This document shows positions 23,301 through 28,541 of a stretch of 47,967 bases of DNA, in pieces. How positions within the stretch are numbered: the stretch's first letter is position 1; each line of letters starts with the position of its first letter. Location: IMG/VR virus record IMGVR_UViG_3300030202_002181, positions 1 through 47,967 of that record; one strand, given 5' to 3'. This DNA comes from a virus (taxonomy: Duplodnaviria; Caudoviricetes). The notes beneath the pieces were generated by a model that was not told the origin of the DNA, did no database searches, and worked only from the letters and a program-made list of their open reading frames with translations. The translations under genes were made by a program, and so were the position numbers.

Positions 23301-25162
23301 CTGATGTGCGTCTGCGCATCGTCCGAATCATATACTTGGAAGGGCGGCACGGGTCCTTTTAGAGCAAAGGGTGTGTAATCGAAGTTAGGGCCACCAATCG
23401 CTATGAGTTTTCTCTTACCAGTGGGTGGACTACCAGTGCCATTGTATGAGTTGAACGCCACCGTAACAGTGCTGGAGTCTACCACATTGACAACTTCCAT
23501 ATTGCCAAACTCACGGTAAATATCTACCATACTATTTATTGAAACTCTATTGTGTATGCCTGTTTGCACTTCGTCATAGATGATTTCTATAACATCAGCG
23601 GACCCATCAGCTCTCTGGTCTATTATCTCCTCAGAGGACTTTGGTAGCATTCTCAGGTAACAGTGACCCTCGACGTGGTTGTTGGTGTGTCTACCACTAT
23701 GACCTATCTGATACGCCTCATCGACCGTAGTAGGCCAAGTAGCCGCAAAAGGGTTGTTGGTGTCAGAGGATGTGGTGGCCATAGCGGATGAGTAGACGAA
23801 ACCATGGTTCTGGAACTCACTCTCGTCAATCACCATCTGCCCTGTCCTATCGATAATCTGAGAAGTAAAGTGCGGAGGCTGATACGGGTTACCAGTCGCT
23901 GAGTCTAGGAGAAGGTCGGAACTCACTACAACGAAGTGGTTGTCCACTCCAGTGCTCCTAGTGTGTAAAGCAGGTATCATACCGTTGGTAGAGGAGGCGA
24001 AGTCTAGGTGTATGCTGGACACAAGTAGGTTGCCTGTATCGACGTTTATGCTGTGTAGCCTAACTCTCTCAGGTGGTTTGCTGTTAGGCGCTTTGGTATC
24101 AGGGTCAATCCCATCTGGGTTGATTAGGAGGTTGTAGGGCGTATGGGAGATAGCATGTGTGGATAGAGAGCCGGACTGATAGTCTAGAACTTTGTAGTCC
24201 CCGCTGGAGTACTTATGCACACCTGTGGAATCCTTGGAAAACACGTAGTTGCTAGTGACACTTGACAGCCCGGTCAAACTCTTTGCTAATGTTGTAGCAT
24301 CCGCACTAGACATACTAATTTGGGAGACTGTAACGCTGACTCCATCTATAGTAGTGCTATTGTTTGCTATCGAGGAGAATGTAAACACACCTTCTATTGG
24401 TGATATTGGCTCTTCGAATCTATACAACAGCAGAGTCTCAGCATCTAAGTACGGACCATTGCCATCAACCATGCTTTGGTTAAAAGCAGCACTAATGTGT
24501 ATACCCTCCATGGTGCCACGGAATCGCCCACCCTCACCGCCGATGAATGTGCGGTGAGACGATGACCTGAGTGTCAGTCCCTTGTCCTTTGTTGATTCTG
24601 ATGCCACCATGGCTCCATTGACATACAACTCCACTGCTGATGGTCTTACTGCAGCTACCACGTGTATGAGTGGCCTGTGATTCTTGTTCAAGTCAGTAGC
24701 ATCGTCACTACCGCTGACGAATCTGTTGTACGAGTCCTGTATCCCCTGATACTCTATGTGGGGATAAACGGTTCCCTCGTATCTGTTAGACTCCTCATTC
24801 GCCGTGGTTAGTGTGACAGTTGTATCTCCTTGGTCCCCTGTAAGATGTGCTACAAACACAGCAGGGCCGGGTGTGTCTATGTTTCCTAGTGATAGCCTGA
24901 ACTGTCCCTCCTTCTCGATGACTGTACCACCGCAGTCTGGTATGACCCATGCCTCGATTGTGATGTACCCGTTGAAGGCTCCAGATGTAGCCCCCTGTGA
25001 CCTGTATGAGAGGGGAGCGTCGGGTGAGAGGATGTTCCTGACATCATAGGTGTCTTGGGTTGTTTTGTCACCTAGCGTAGAGAAAGCACCCTCAGGCACT
25101 ACGATGCTGTCAGTGATACCGTTGAAGAACATCGCATGGTTCTTACGGGTAATTACTGTCAC
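8381..25162 (-). CDS. Giant virion protein (5593 aa) with an N-terminal LamG/concanavalin-A-like domain; probable tail-tip or adhesion protein
   Basis: Uninterrupted 16.8-kb ORF with a GGAGG SD. The N-terminal motifs ITIEAWV...HVVAAV...LYVNG...FIGG...FRGTMEGIHIS match LamG-like domains. Sits between the distal-tail-like and hub-like genes. Confidence 0.8.
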   Translation of the reverse strand: MTVITRKNHAMFFNGITDSIVVPEGAFSTLGDKTTQDTYDVRNILSPDAPLSYRSQGATSGAFNGYITIEAWVIPDCGGTVIEKEGQFRLSLGNIDTPGPAVFVAHLTGDQGDTTVTLTTANEESNRYEGTVYPHIEYQGIQDSYNRFVSGSDDATDLNKNHRPLIHVVAAVRPSAVELYVNGAMVASESTKDKGLTLRSSSHRTFIGGEGGRFRGTMEGIHISAAFNQSMVDGNGPYLDAETLLLYRFEEPISPIEGVFTFSSIANNSTTIDGVSVTVSQISMSSADATTLAKSLTGLSSVTSNYVFSKDSTGVHKYSSGDYKVLDYQSGSLSTHAISHTPYNLLINPDGIDPDTKAPNSKPPERVRLHSINVDTGNLLVSSIHLDFASSTNGMIPALHTRSTGVDNHFVVVSSDLLLDSATGNPYQPPHFTSQIIDRTGQMVIDESEFQNHGFVYSSAMATTSSDTNNPFAATWPTTVDEAYQIGHSGRHTNNHVEGHCYLRMLPKSSEEIIDQRADGSADVIEIIYDEVQTGIHNRVSINSMVDIYREFGNMEVVNVVDSSTVTVAFNSYNGTGSPPTGKRKLIAIGGPNFDYTPFALKGPVPPFQVYDSDDAQTHISDDIRKYHVKPSKESRVAILHVPRLTQLTPTLAPFVEIHYNAIDLTGASMSGTVQPLLMVEKTVPSSDTLVSGSEYVYDAIINSIASGHTLFSPGGYIDVDTEEINVGDELLYDHSFVGDTSEGFSSDDEVDESLTPANYTPRNNSDSIQNQTPGVILESTSTTGDHDSVFHRLYFNQVKNTKLLTDKGSYDRLEPDVTPNSPAAGQFDTGTVTSATPIYEMYDVIDNFTLTGNNSADMRIILQPTDRRRSMLLSNVNISGVLNRVSILYMMSRAKVRSIDETVGEQGGIEGIRCVGVADSIVSRRIDFTGKGSPDSHIVKEIEPNAPVVTVSLGGPGQGAMDTRPVFQKSILAHESYSTRRSYSVTAHQLDVNWSTGAATLHVKPLNNESTDLASWGTYGFPRYGRIHLPDGSSAKYDSKTGSTFVFSAASASTLDFLSSDGTSHLAVGKLLNATGFMVGPTSGTSVTINGNFTVFSEADFGNESDLENGTTLNDRMHQSLNDVQHDYQLGTQYASTRAIAEIPLFSEQFFHDSVGPGNAFKIHVDATHTAHTYNPSPVGRRFKSENELADREAKSAFSIALQNREYLDSTFAIKWDTINRRLYVNNINIFPDSTTSTATYKGVTTAYRYRKVHLANGEWSWYTSVNRSDGYLQLLDATYGQSPNFFESLAVGISVFINDAGIDSSLIPISSDEFTPSSDFENRDEYHHDAASVKTQGGNVDYGLRQYVSAVEFKAGPESNPHAPRVDVKRATGKVLTATVTRLTGVPEQAVTITLSEEDFAKFPDLGYDTLANAPSSVGDLGYEVQYDDNGTVYSYQYHGHIKTINSVATPKNSITLVFQTSGATYPLVDTGVLINRTALGGGSYAQGTTSAMIVDGVDATTIFTVGDLLFQSDGSSAGEITAVSSTAVTVGGGTTNGAFNDNEELKAAQGFPEGVKITLTSKRRSILGTSVTTEVSDGSQYYRELKNSLNITDVTVTAQSADSSSPFEITVDGASGKNVNDLHGTNVKKGDILYYLEDTSTDKIRRIGIVSEVESADANGTQIINMTAATPVIPSNAKIAVWMGDYEEKDAVLNATWLNPYSVGGFRDGDTVWANMSYNNPHAVEGLFAKSRGVYNESQVWNAFNGGAGELDTTNPRDSIPLENFMIGNTCLETARNYVQHVNRTVEENYLALGLTVSQAPTVAFIDPYLSNDDHARVLLYDVAHDKEFIAFQDIHMQVQTSPDAVQIGWPKEVVEDGGSTRSRLHKVNAVYNGAGPSPWTTQIDVTNGFLSQNPYIRSTQQSKFIESAYAHDLSNRHTEDLLDSTTFNNQDTNDFPTDGRSIAGARLYGKSHGHYVHTGYSYGGAVDGLRNGYSLTPRTNDSVSLHKIADPLHDFTRIPVDAVDSYTDSLIDLRKGTSNCTFRDPATFFDTPDGTRVIPAFLCLKGIRNTSLDLSSHEETRLQHLPQWKDMGFVRRLTIDLGEVAEKDGVVNTLSGAEEVVRMINQHAALNARLLSGSAHDPAPFWHTDNGDRGTHMGYIRAHIGREVQDLNGDVGFTIVLHSTVPGASGRNFCAWLDNSTGQTSYQPQFLVGHGGRWRNFWALPDEREGENMHPAPMPLDKNGRPFAPITTLQQYVTSIESGEDVRSVADFEDTPVMRAVSDSISGKNHNSINVESLDIKGSSSSLVRGLRTGPSALARVNFGGLVASGVPGFAPDAGSWGFGFNGESKFNNRYGTTSTSTYSSHVPTSQVSQDAVGIGQIYGLSLTDNLGRENTLRYIYRTMGESFSNSNTSLPDTIEEEVCVFIDDRDVSQGGFTIGSAMSGSGDATGRMSFSAVSESLGSWRGAKWRGVAAPNAATLVTAVLSSETLSITFVAPFDASFTDDKLGYLGFPKEDGIIQISDYDGAGDANVGLTLSYTHRSGTVFYGVTGVSSLTSTSYLISSVLNQTTLVTDELLAAVTAAAINAGDEVNSLNGHTFDCTDMYAFDGKTFGEWGVSPNAIKIRAYNPNKRVKPLNTSYNASVFRDLGIQAAHLEFGEVEKVTRPTGTASYAFGTSRAVTDANIDASRNIDCGYVPYTVLQVRTTAKGPMGNTASPNLVDSKNVVLNTNKWSRGLKGMDYTRYSGDHILPSIDNPHSIYTTGFSTVSAVVVDGEFAEGHTGAIAIDGGNSNVFTVGDLIVDAADRVLGRVTATNTTTSFSIDELRVNVADTLQITRRKAIAETTKDWQSTVTLGANMFQFLIPACTDTTGSRIPSFGERKRIYLTNEKSIVVESKVGTNAATELSWDIDDSNNMPREITFEGNILSTHFDPDFNGLRSIGSVFSEPIVHFRGGKSSRDHSVPLFFGGGFSGVVLDVNDGTTNDYSSFYTHPYANGPTGVSGIQNASEISTSFAMLDTNAMFAFFPGAALCNQHRGSITPPVFNKQNILSPDLNRGSSTYTSGVVKAKPVPMVLRFAHPTARYEDHVNSIDSKTTYLIFGPGQAFPFTNEAALDSESGTTNAKEPYPGRIITSGNTWASVPFKGGYSSLGNDQQLFPNSIENSRHSFLPPRKDYYNTTAGFHWRAMVNWESPAGYTMKEELKQRPEHGRHYGQQLNDDTPYDANDLTRVTPKMHTPTIGFGITMAADTVWHMDGGYHPGGSWLDNQLTFNPPHKGKSDSRVLSSNWERANQIHPTAFRVAGPLTDRILDYVGNGSEAVVSGDVDMEYIVVDATRCQNGEELATVLGAAINAFPGAGSLKALGGTHMPSMGNAMRQDRYGWRHLGTLDEYNDSSSTGNYIDSEFNDGDGTTFTQEYLEQLPTSGWLRAIKESNGAVAWVPYHSREVLNESSSNWKVRFYMAPNRIHGQSKAEDPQTWEDFKAGASADFAAVDDTYTLYVWSKAGTLRFNNENVSTRDHMTQVHFSGIADAVDRTRPVGAIGWHGERYSYLNSLKITKNTSGTGYAAGLGAHHPMLNFSPYGTAGTVMNTHSNVPVVAPIRNSPESTPTIDGIGIYVATHVKKANFYTKYNLTTGSGGAYDTYTYAFTHTEDTTNDANQWNVPTNYIDNTPLPKELTLPQGLYTSAFLVVSYDSESSLVAKFDRDGITANGDWLQVIGQSTNPITYAGNTQWDERFHGQDRFIAPANAGPNVEALIVDSTTVPIAANLASANWAATTFSGISNYFHGDAGNNTAQSNELELKNAVPGLNKIGDLLFDLDHSVGSVLLESGDAERNTSADSHTTAHTTNWPANYWLSDVNAFQMYEDSAAHNFSVENVVWKRMDGGNLSLPAINARGLGAVPWVTRVKSNAAILTGEKLYGNVRFSFETTNSAMMPVLQAQELSHPEFARKHPYKVGNVLDIPNEEVQFQSINVRDDSGQMHKIEGGSPLGTIIRGFRVPENRGVDGRAPALANSGKEPNLKVQLPDPNSIPGNIVVRSGYDPIQAYQNETMGTGGMHHPDLGSSVTTHLFDNSVSSPRQGPTYENHNWERINPVSFDSELGAWNNNSPLNTSYELHDRTLYFHVTKMGHSHSHRYPAVYTHAGGVENDVVSVTAWNSSTSVLTIDAVLDTDVFAAGFGTVQDTRKFLRVYNPTTDEGAVCSYTAQGSTSITVVGDVNFATFMAGQTVTDLKVVPSYYIPAGSNRFFAARRLRDHAEVSGNSPDMANTLYHVSGQTVGFDAYSKPVMTPMPYPRMGHHFVTPTMPMLPGHWAHPAYQSLYRRHLADFNSTTSFHDAGLFDKHTTAINKLSGVETSLGTSLEDNIKPLDSEINFSGVNAAPSLPSDIHGGAFTLMFETSVKYDGYGVLASSDKGTDSGSATALAGTVNKAGGHSIVLEAASEYTLGRHFPDPAEVGAYQIVIQPNLFNHQLVGYHNNSTTELTSQQINTVIGIKKDAGDSNDKGGLTLVLAKATNADVRGCEVFINEKILDVSNDPGSQFTNIPPLMSYNHIGAQLTESPAFTRRGFPYSKMFSNATPAHTLHIPWWSILHKNGIQYNGSAVSEATNYRKLTQYSPDDYYLFMRSTFGSVGSQLTINGYTSLYLDIYDKYRRSISISPKCIVQSFNTSGTIVVDNANTFPMFPYYEQEVQYTAKNGNVYSKALASVDGNTAATVNIPKTLNLASKSGADGFWDNMFNGAILTLTHSYDTLPAGDIITDTSKSVFANILPDIIDGNQDTNSRFVPDAFLCMWHHNLGRPNTYFSDNTSRSWKGAPVNKAQYNSMPEHFETIHYHDFTHSISTGPFDFLIKRPNITRDGQVTSGNSTHDAGGTNVMLSGFWPCGSRGGPHASKLDLYGMASASWNVHATSTSANFSSDSNLEWVDSDDDGSYAVSSGIATGSMATTRRRPYGHRNAVRQAYNRPRYDLYPPRALYEATASGSGQNTTNYDAGPLVQTEAYSSGWLYGGGAGDSAATKALTYVGVMERQTNFTGMLNQDQEGWQVRYSDGRRMTRPFGTPVRTIRNPTGVERDWWGDIEGKGITSLSIASQHYLVDWWGNERGEDVRRTPVRGFGIRPSWDCADAYDIGTNSAYARIYNSGKPLFNLKGIADLTNGNISVTTNYTIPRFGGVLNSKNNNSTTTLVDVFSPVHSLRIGDMGNGRGVRYPTAFNESLLTEISSPNHKTGIVLSHNTAEPLFGDGLLRPRNDVLQADEVKRGISAKLGIDDNGLLKSEATVSDRVEEVSGTTVHKDPVSRTSPRIGIDAEVVEGVEQSHVVINTEAHSLHTDRNVGQRVVLQGSMQIEGSLTDANYNTMSFSRQTAGSTLSAAHKYSHTNAFRPYGGSYIIETKSYSGLFDDTGWGVASLTGSNDTSNPYQDATNYTSDTVRNNEDDRIVRFVLRPIRVLDANHVEVFRIHNSLNATSPQHLQNYLHATSGGKYGIFTYETPNGRAPTANLSSGRAVPDTNGPYLPIFTFDPTGAFETPSSMGPKLLGSEVSGFSNALSTDVSRLIITENTLQHHRSDAPRRRVEKETDDETTKSDFTVKPRFSQSLHNKGHKGDVSFNVTDHSGDGA

Positions 25163-25175
25163 TGATTCTCCTCCA

Positions 25176-26339
25176 TCAAGATAGTATCATGTTGTCTATT
25201 GGTGCGAATATCAAGTTGAACGAGTATACAGACTCACCAGCATCATATGTGATATCGAGTTTCTGCACCGCTCCTTGGATGCCTCTACGCTCATCATTCA
25301 GACCAGACATATCTACACTTGCGGGATGGTTATTACCCTCCGATGTCTTTTCCTTGCCGTAGTAGAATCCAGTGGGCATGAAGAAGTTACGTGCGACATA
25401 CAACTCGCCATTCTCTGCTTTTATCGTGGAGTTGTACGGTATCTGTATGCCAACTATGTAGTCCCTCAGGTCGTTTCTGTCTCTGGCTTTTTTCTTGCTT
25501 TCTTTCACAGCAATTTGAGAGAGGTATTTACCTCTTCTAGAACTGTTGTTGATTACACCGTAGAGGTCCTGTACCTTGTCACCTGCTGATTTTATGTTTT
25601 TGTCCGACCCACCTGAGAACTTCCTTATGATAGGGTTGACAAAATATGCACCGGCGTTAGTATCAAGAAAGAAATCAGGCGTAATAATAGTCCTAGCGGT
25701 AGACAGACCAGTAGTGGCCATTGTGATACTTACAAGCGTACTAGCATCGGATAACGCACCACTGGAAGTCGCTTTCTTACCACCGTTTGTGGGAACCGTA
25801 GCAGTGTACTTGGATGAGAGTTGCGCGTTGATGTATGCAGCGACACCCGTGGCAATCTGCTCAGGTGTCGCATCACTGGTGTTCACCAACACTGTAGGCG
25901 TGCTACCAGCACCGCCTGTCGCTGAATACGCAGTAGCACCAGCACTAGCAGTGTTTGTGAAAGTTATCAAATCTAACGCGGTGCTTGACTTAGATTGTAT
26001 TCTAAGAATGCGTCCCAGTAATGCTGTTAAGTTGGTTGACGAAGCCCAAGAGGCAGCCACAGCGGTTTGAGTCCCGCTTCTGTCATTTATCCGATGACCG
26101 AAGTCTATGGTAGCAGAGTGTGCTGCTTCTGGCGTACCGTCCCTGTCATCACTGATTACGCCCTGAATGTTGATGAATGCCTTGTTTATGTTCCAATCCA
26201 TTCCTATTCTTCTGCTACCGGTCCAAGGTAATGCTGAGCCACCGACTTTCCTTGTCGTGCTTAGAACCATGCTAGTAGCGTCTAACTCAATGAGCCTTCC
26301 ATTCTCTTGAACCAATCTGATGGGAACGGCCTTTGCCAT
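25176..26339 (-). CDS. Putative distal tail / tail-tip protein (~387 aa) with an internal insertion
   Basis: Directly follows the tape measure. Conserved-looking termini (AFINIQGVISD ... IQGAVQKLDITYDAGESVYSFNLIF) flank a T/A/S-rich insert. ATG 26339 overlaps the upstream TGA. Confidence 0.55.
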   Translation of the reverse strand: MAKAVPIRLVQENGRLIELDATSMVLSTTRKVGGSALPWTGSRRIGMDWNINKAFINIQGVISDDRDGTPEAAHSATIDFGHRINDRSGTQTAVAASWASSTNLTALLGRILRIQSKSSTALDLITFTNTASAGATAYSATGGAGSTPTVLVNTSDATPEQIATGVAAYINAQLSSKYTATVPTNGGKKATSSGALSDASTLVSITMATTGLSTARTIITPDFFLDTNAGAYFVNPIIRKFSGGSDKNIKSAGDKVQDLYGVINNSSRRGKYLSQIAVKESKKKARDRNDLRDYIVGIQIPYNSTIKAENGELYVARNFFMPTGFYYGKEKTSEGNNHPASVDMSGLNDERRGIQGAVQKLDITYDAGESVYSFNLIFAPIDNMILS

Positions 26340-27193
26340 CAACCATACCTCCCACTCATTGTTCCCCCACCAACACTGCGTGCAAGTTCTTGTTGTATCA
26401 AGTCACCAATCTCCCTAGCCAACTCCCTCTTGTCAGTAGCATCGGTGATGCCGCTAAGGTTGAATGTCATCTCAAAGTTATACGACACACCGCCAGATAC
26501 GGCTGTGCCTACAGTGGTGCCACCGCCTCCACCGCCACCTGTAACGAAATCCTTCACACCACCGACTACAGATGCTCCAAAGTCAAATATACCTTTTAGA
26601 GCACCACCAATCGCATCGAATATTCTACCAAGGGTATTGTCATAGATACTACTCATCACACTTGTAACAGTGTCCCAAGCGCTACTAATCGTATCAAAGA
26701 CAGTGCTAGCAGCATTTTGCAACCCCTCAAATGCTCTTCCAATGGTAGCATCAAAAATAGTGGACATGGCACCTGTGACCGTGCCCCATAGAGACCTGAG
26801 GCCATCAAATGCGATTGTAGCACCAGTCATCAGACCTTCGAATAGCCTACCAAATGTGCTATCCCATATCGTCTTTGCATTCTCCAGCGCTTTGCCCCAT
26901 TCACCACTGAACAGGTTGAACCAGAACATCATGCCCTCCTTCATCAGGTCCCATATCGGCATAACCACCCCGTTCCATATTGAGACGATTGCTTGGGTCA
27001 AAGGCTCAAATGCTTCTTTTATGAAATCAAACGCATCAACCGCCTTATCTCTAGCGAAAGCAAAAGCCTGACCCAACGCTTGACCTATTTTTGTAGCTGC
27101 ACCGCCTATTACGCTCATTCCTGCGTTAATCGTTTGTAAAACACCCTGCATAGCATTGAGAGTGAGTAAGGCAGCCTGTAGTCCAACTGCCAT
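26339..27193 (-). CDS. Short tape measure protein (284 aa)
   Basis: Follows the chaperone frameshift pair. Amphipathic Ala/Gly-rich helix with periodic W/F and three 37-aa-spaced repeats (IWDSTFGRLFEGL, IFDATIGRAFEGL, IYDNTLGRIFDAI). Confidence 0.75.
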   Translation of the reverse strand: MAVGLQAALLTLNAMQGVLQTINAGMSVIGGAATKIGQALGQAFAFARDKAVDAFDFIKEAFEPLTQAIVSIWNGVVMPIWDLMKEGMMFWFNLFSGEWGKALENAKTIWDSTFGRLFEGLMTGATIAFDGLRSLWGTVTGAMSTIFDATIGRAFEGLQNAASTVFDTISSAWDTVTSVMSSIYDNTLGRIFDAIGGALKGIFDFGASVVGGVKDFVTGGGGGGGTTVGTAVSGGVSYNFEMTFNLSGITDATDKRELAREIGDLIQQELARSVGGGTMSGRYG

Positions 27194-27468
27194 TAGAAGT
27201 CCTCCTCCATCTCAAGAAATGTATAGTCGAACTCAACAGTGTCATCGCTGTCTGATACCTTTTGCCTTTTGTGCTCTAGCTTCTCTTCTTCATTGATTGC
27301 AAGAGCCCAAGATAGAGATTGTCTGAAGATTGGTTCGCTCATGTTGTAGACCTCGTGTAGTGATATACTGTAATGTTTCGCCACGATATAGGCGAACAGT
27401 TGCATCTGCATTTCTAAATCTTCTGAAGACTCTATTCTTCTTTTCTTTAGAAACTGCCGAACTTTCAA
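27193..27468 (-). CDS. Tail assembly chaperone, frameshift extension (gpT-like)
   Basis: Lies in the -1 frame of the upstream chaperone and is open back through the slippery site. YSISLHEVYNMS resembles gpT-type sequences. Only a weak TTG start of its own. Confidence 0.7.
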   Translation of the reverse strand: MKVRQFLKKRRIESSEDLEMQMQLFAYIVAKHYSISLHEVYNMSEPIFRQSLSWALAINEEEKLEHKRQKVSDSDDTVEFDYTFLEMEEDF

Positions 27469-27827
27469 CTGTTCGCCTTCGTAAAACCCCCTTGCATTGC
27501 CTCCGCCAACTCATCTGGCTTAGGTAGTAGTGCTGCTATCTGCTGACCGACGTATGCGTTTAGGTTCATCATATCATCAACAGTCAAATCGGGGTTTGTT
27601 CTTACAACCCACTCTGAGAATGCGTAACGCCAGTATCCATCTAGATTCAAAGAAACGTCATTGCCTTCCATAGAAAACATGCTTTGCGCTGCTTTTTGCA
27701 CGTCAAAAAACGTAATTTCTCTTATCCAGACTTCCATCTTCATGTCTGGATTATCGCGGTCTGCACTAACTTCGTGCCTTTGTTCACTCTTCCTCGTAAT
27801 TAGGTGATTCTTGTCTACTATCGTCAT
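27465..27827 (-). CDS. Tail assembly chaperone (gpG-like, 120 aa)
   Basis: Located between tail tube and tape measure. Ends ...MQGGFTKANS with a G GGT TTT slippery heptamer. Confidence 0.75.
   Translation of the reverse strand: MTIVDKNHLITRKSEQRHEVSADRDNPDMKMEVWIREITFFDVQKAAQSMFSMEGNDVSLNLDGYWRYAFSEWVVRTNPDLTVDDMMNLNAYVGQQIAALLPKPDELAEAMQGGFTKANS
27483..27489 (-). promoter_or_regulatory. Programmed -1 ribosomal frameshift slippery site G GGT TTT
   Basis: In-frame X XXY YYZ heptamer. A -1 slip reads GFYEGEQLKVRQFLKKR and joins ORF 27465..27827 to ORF 27193..27468. Confidence 0.85.
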
Positions 27828-28533
27828 GTTGTGTCACATCCTCGGTTGCAGCCTCTTGCGAGGGGGCATCCGGCGTCACATCAGTAGCCTCTTGCGAGGG
27901 GACGTCAGTTTCGCCTTTGGTCGGTTGGTCGACTATACCTGCGTCATGGTGTCGGAGTCTTAACACTACCTCAGATTTAGTGCCTCTGATGGTTATTCCT
28001 CGCTCTTTGCACAATGCCTGTAACTCACGCACGGTGAATGAGTTGTAGTCTATCTCTCCCCCAAATGGATTATCCCTATCATCGATTACGGTTTCTTCAA
28101 CGACAACCTCTTGAGGAGCTTCCACAATCTCTGTTTCCTCCTCCTCTTCCTCAATCTCCTCGACTCTCTCTTCAGTATCCTCAACCTCTGCTTCCTGTTC
28201 GGGCTGGACACCATCATCAATCTCCTCTATGAACTCCTCTTCAAACATCTCCTCTATGGCTTCTGCCACGTCTGACACTTTGTCCCTTAGAACATCGAAG
28301 GCCGCATCTACCCAAGAGGGGGTTTCATCCACAACCTCCTCTATGTGACCGTTTCTTATCCTCTCCATTACTATGTCATCAACTGAACTTCTGCTGGATT
28401 GAGTGAGCAAACCCTCATGCCATTCTTGCTTGTATGTAGTTATACCATTGATATTCAATAACCACTCAACGTATTTGCTGTGTGGATGTCTACTATAATA
28501 CTGAACCCTTTTAACTGGCTTTGGTTGTAACAT
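27784..28533 (-). CDS. Acidic protein with a SAP (helix-extended loop-helix) domain (249 aa)
   Basis: DYNSFTVRELQALCKERGITIRGTKSEVVLRL fits the SAP consensus. Long Glu-rich linker. Confidence 0.75.
   Translation of the reverse strand: MLQPKPVKRVQYYSRHPHSKYVEWLLNINGITTYKQEWHEGLLTQSSRSSVDDIVMERIRNGHIEEVVDETPSWVDAAFDVLRDKVSDVAEAIEEMFEEEFIEEIDDGVQPEQEAEVEDTEERVEEIEEEEEETEIVEAPQEVVVEETVIDDRDNPFGGEIDYNSFTVRELQALCKERGITIRGTKSEVVLRLRHHDAGIVDQPTKGETDVPSQEATDVTPDAPSQEAATEDVTQHDDSRQESPNYEEE
27850..27901. repeat. 16-bp direct repeat AGCCTCTTGCGAGGGG x2 (36-bp spacing), encoding a PSQEA duplication
   Basis: Copies at 27850-27865 and 27886-27901. GTCACATC is also duplicated nearby. Confidence 0.85.
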
Positions 28534-28541
28534 AGTATCCC

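Noticed and set aside
8381-25162. Giant ORF as the tape measure or a virion RNA polymerase
   Set aside because: It is beta-rich with a LamG-like start rather than helical, no DxDGD-type polymerase motif in a convincing context was recognised, and a better tape measure candidate follows the chaperones.
27290-27514. 74-aa minus-strand ORF as the frameshift partner of the chaperone
   Set aside because: It is in the +1 frame. The slippery heptamer predicts -1, which leads into ORF 27193..27468.
27832-27906. Mini-CRISPR or att site at the 16-bp direct repeat
   Set aside because: Only two copies, in frame within a CDS and encoding a duplicated peptide; no cas or integrase gene nearby.
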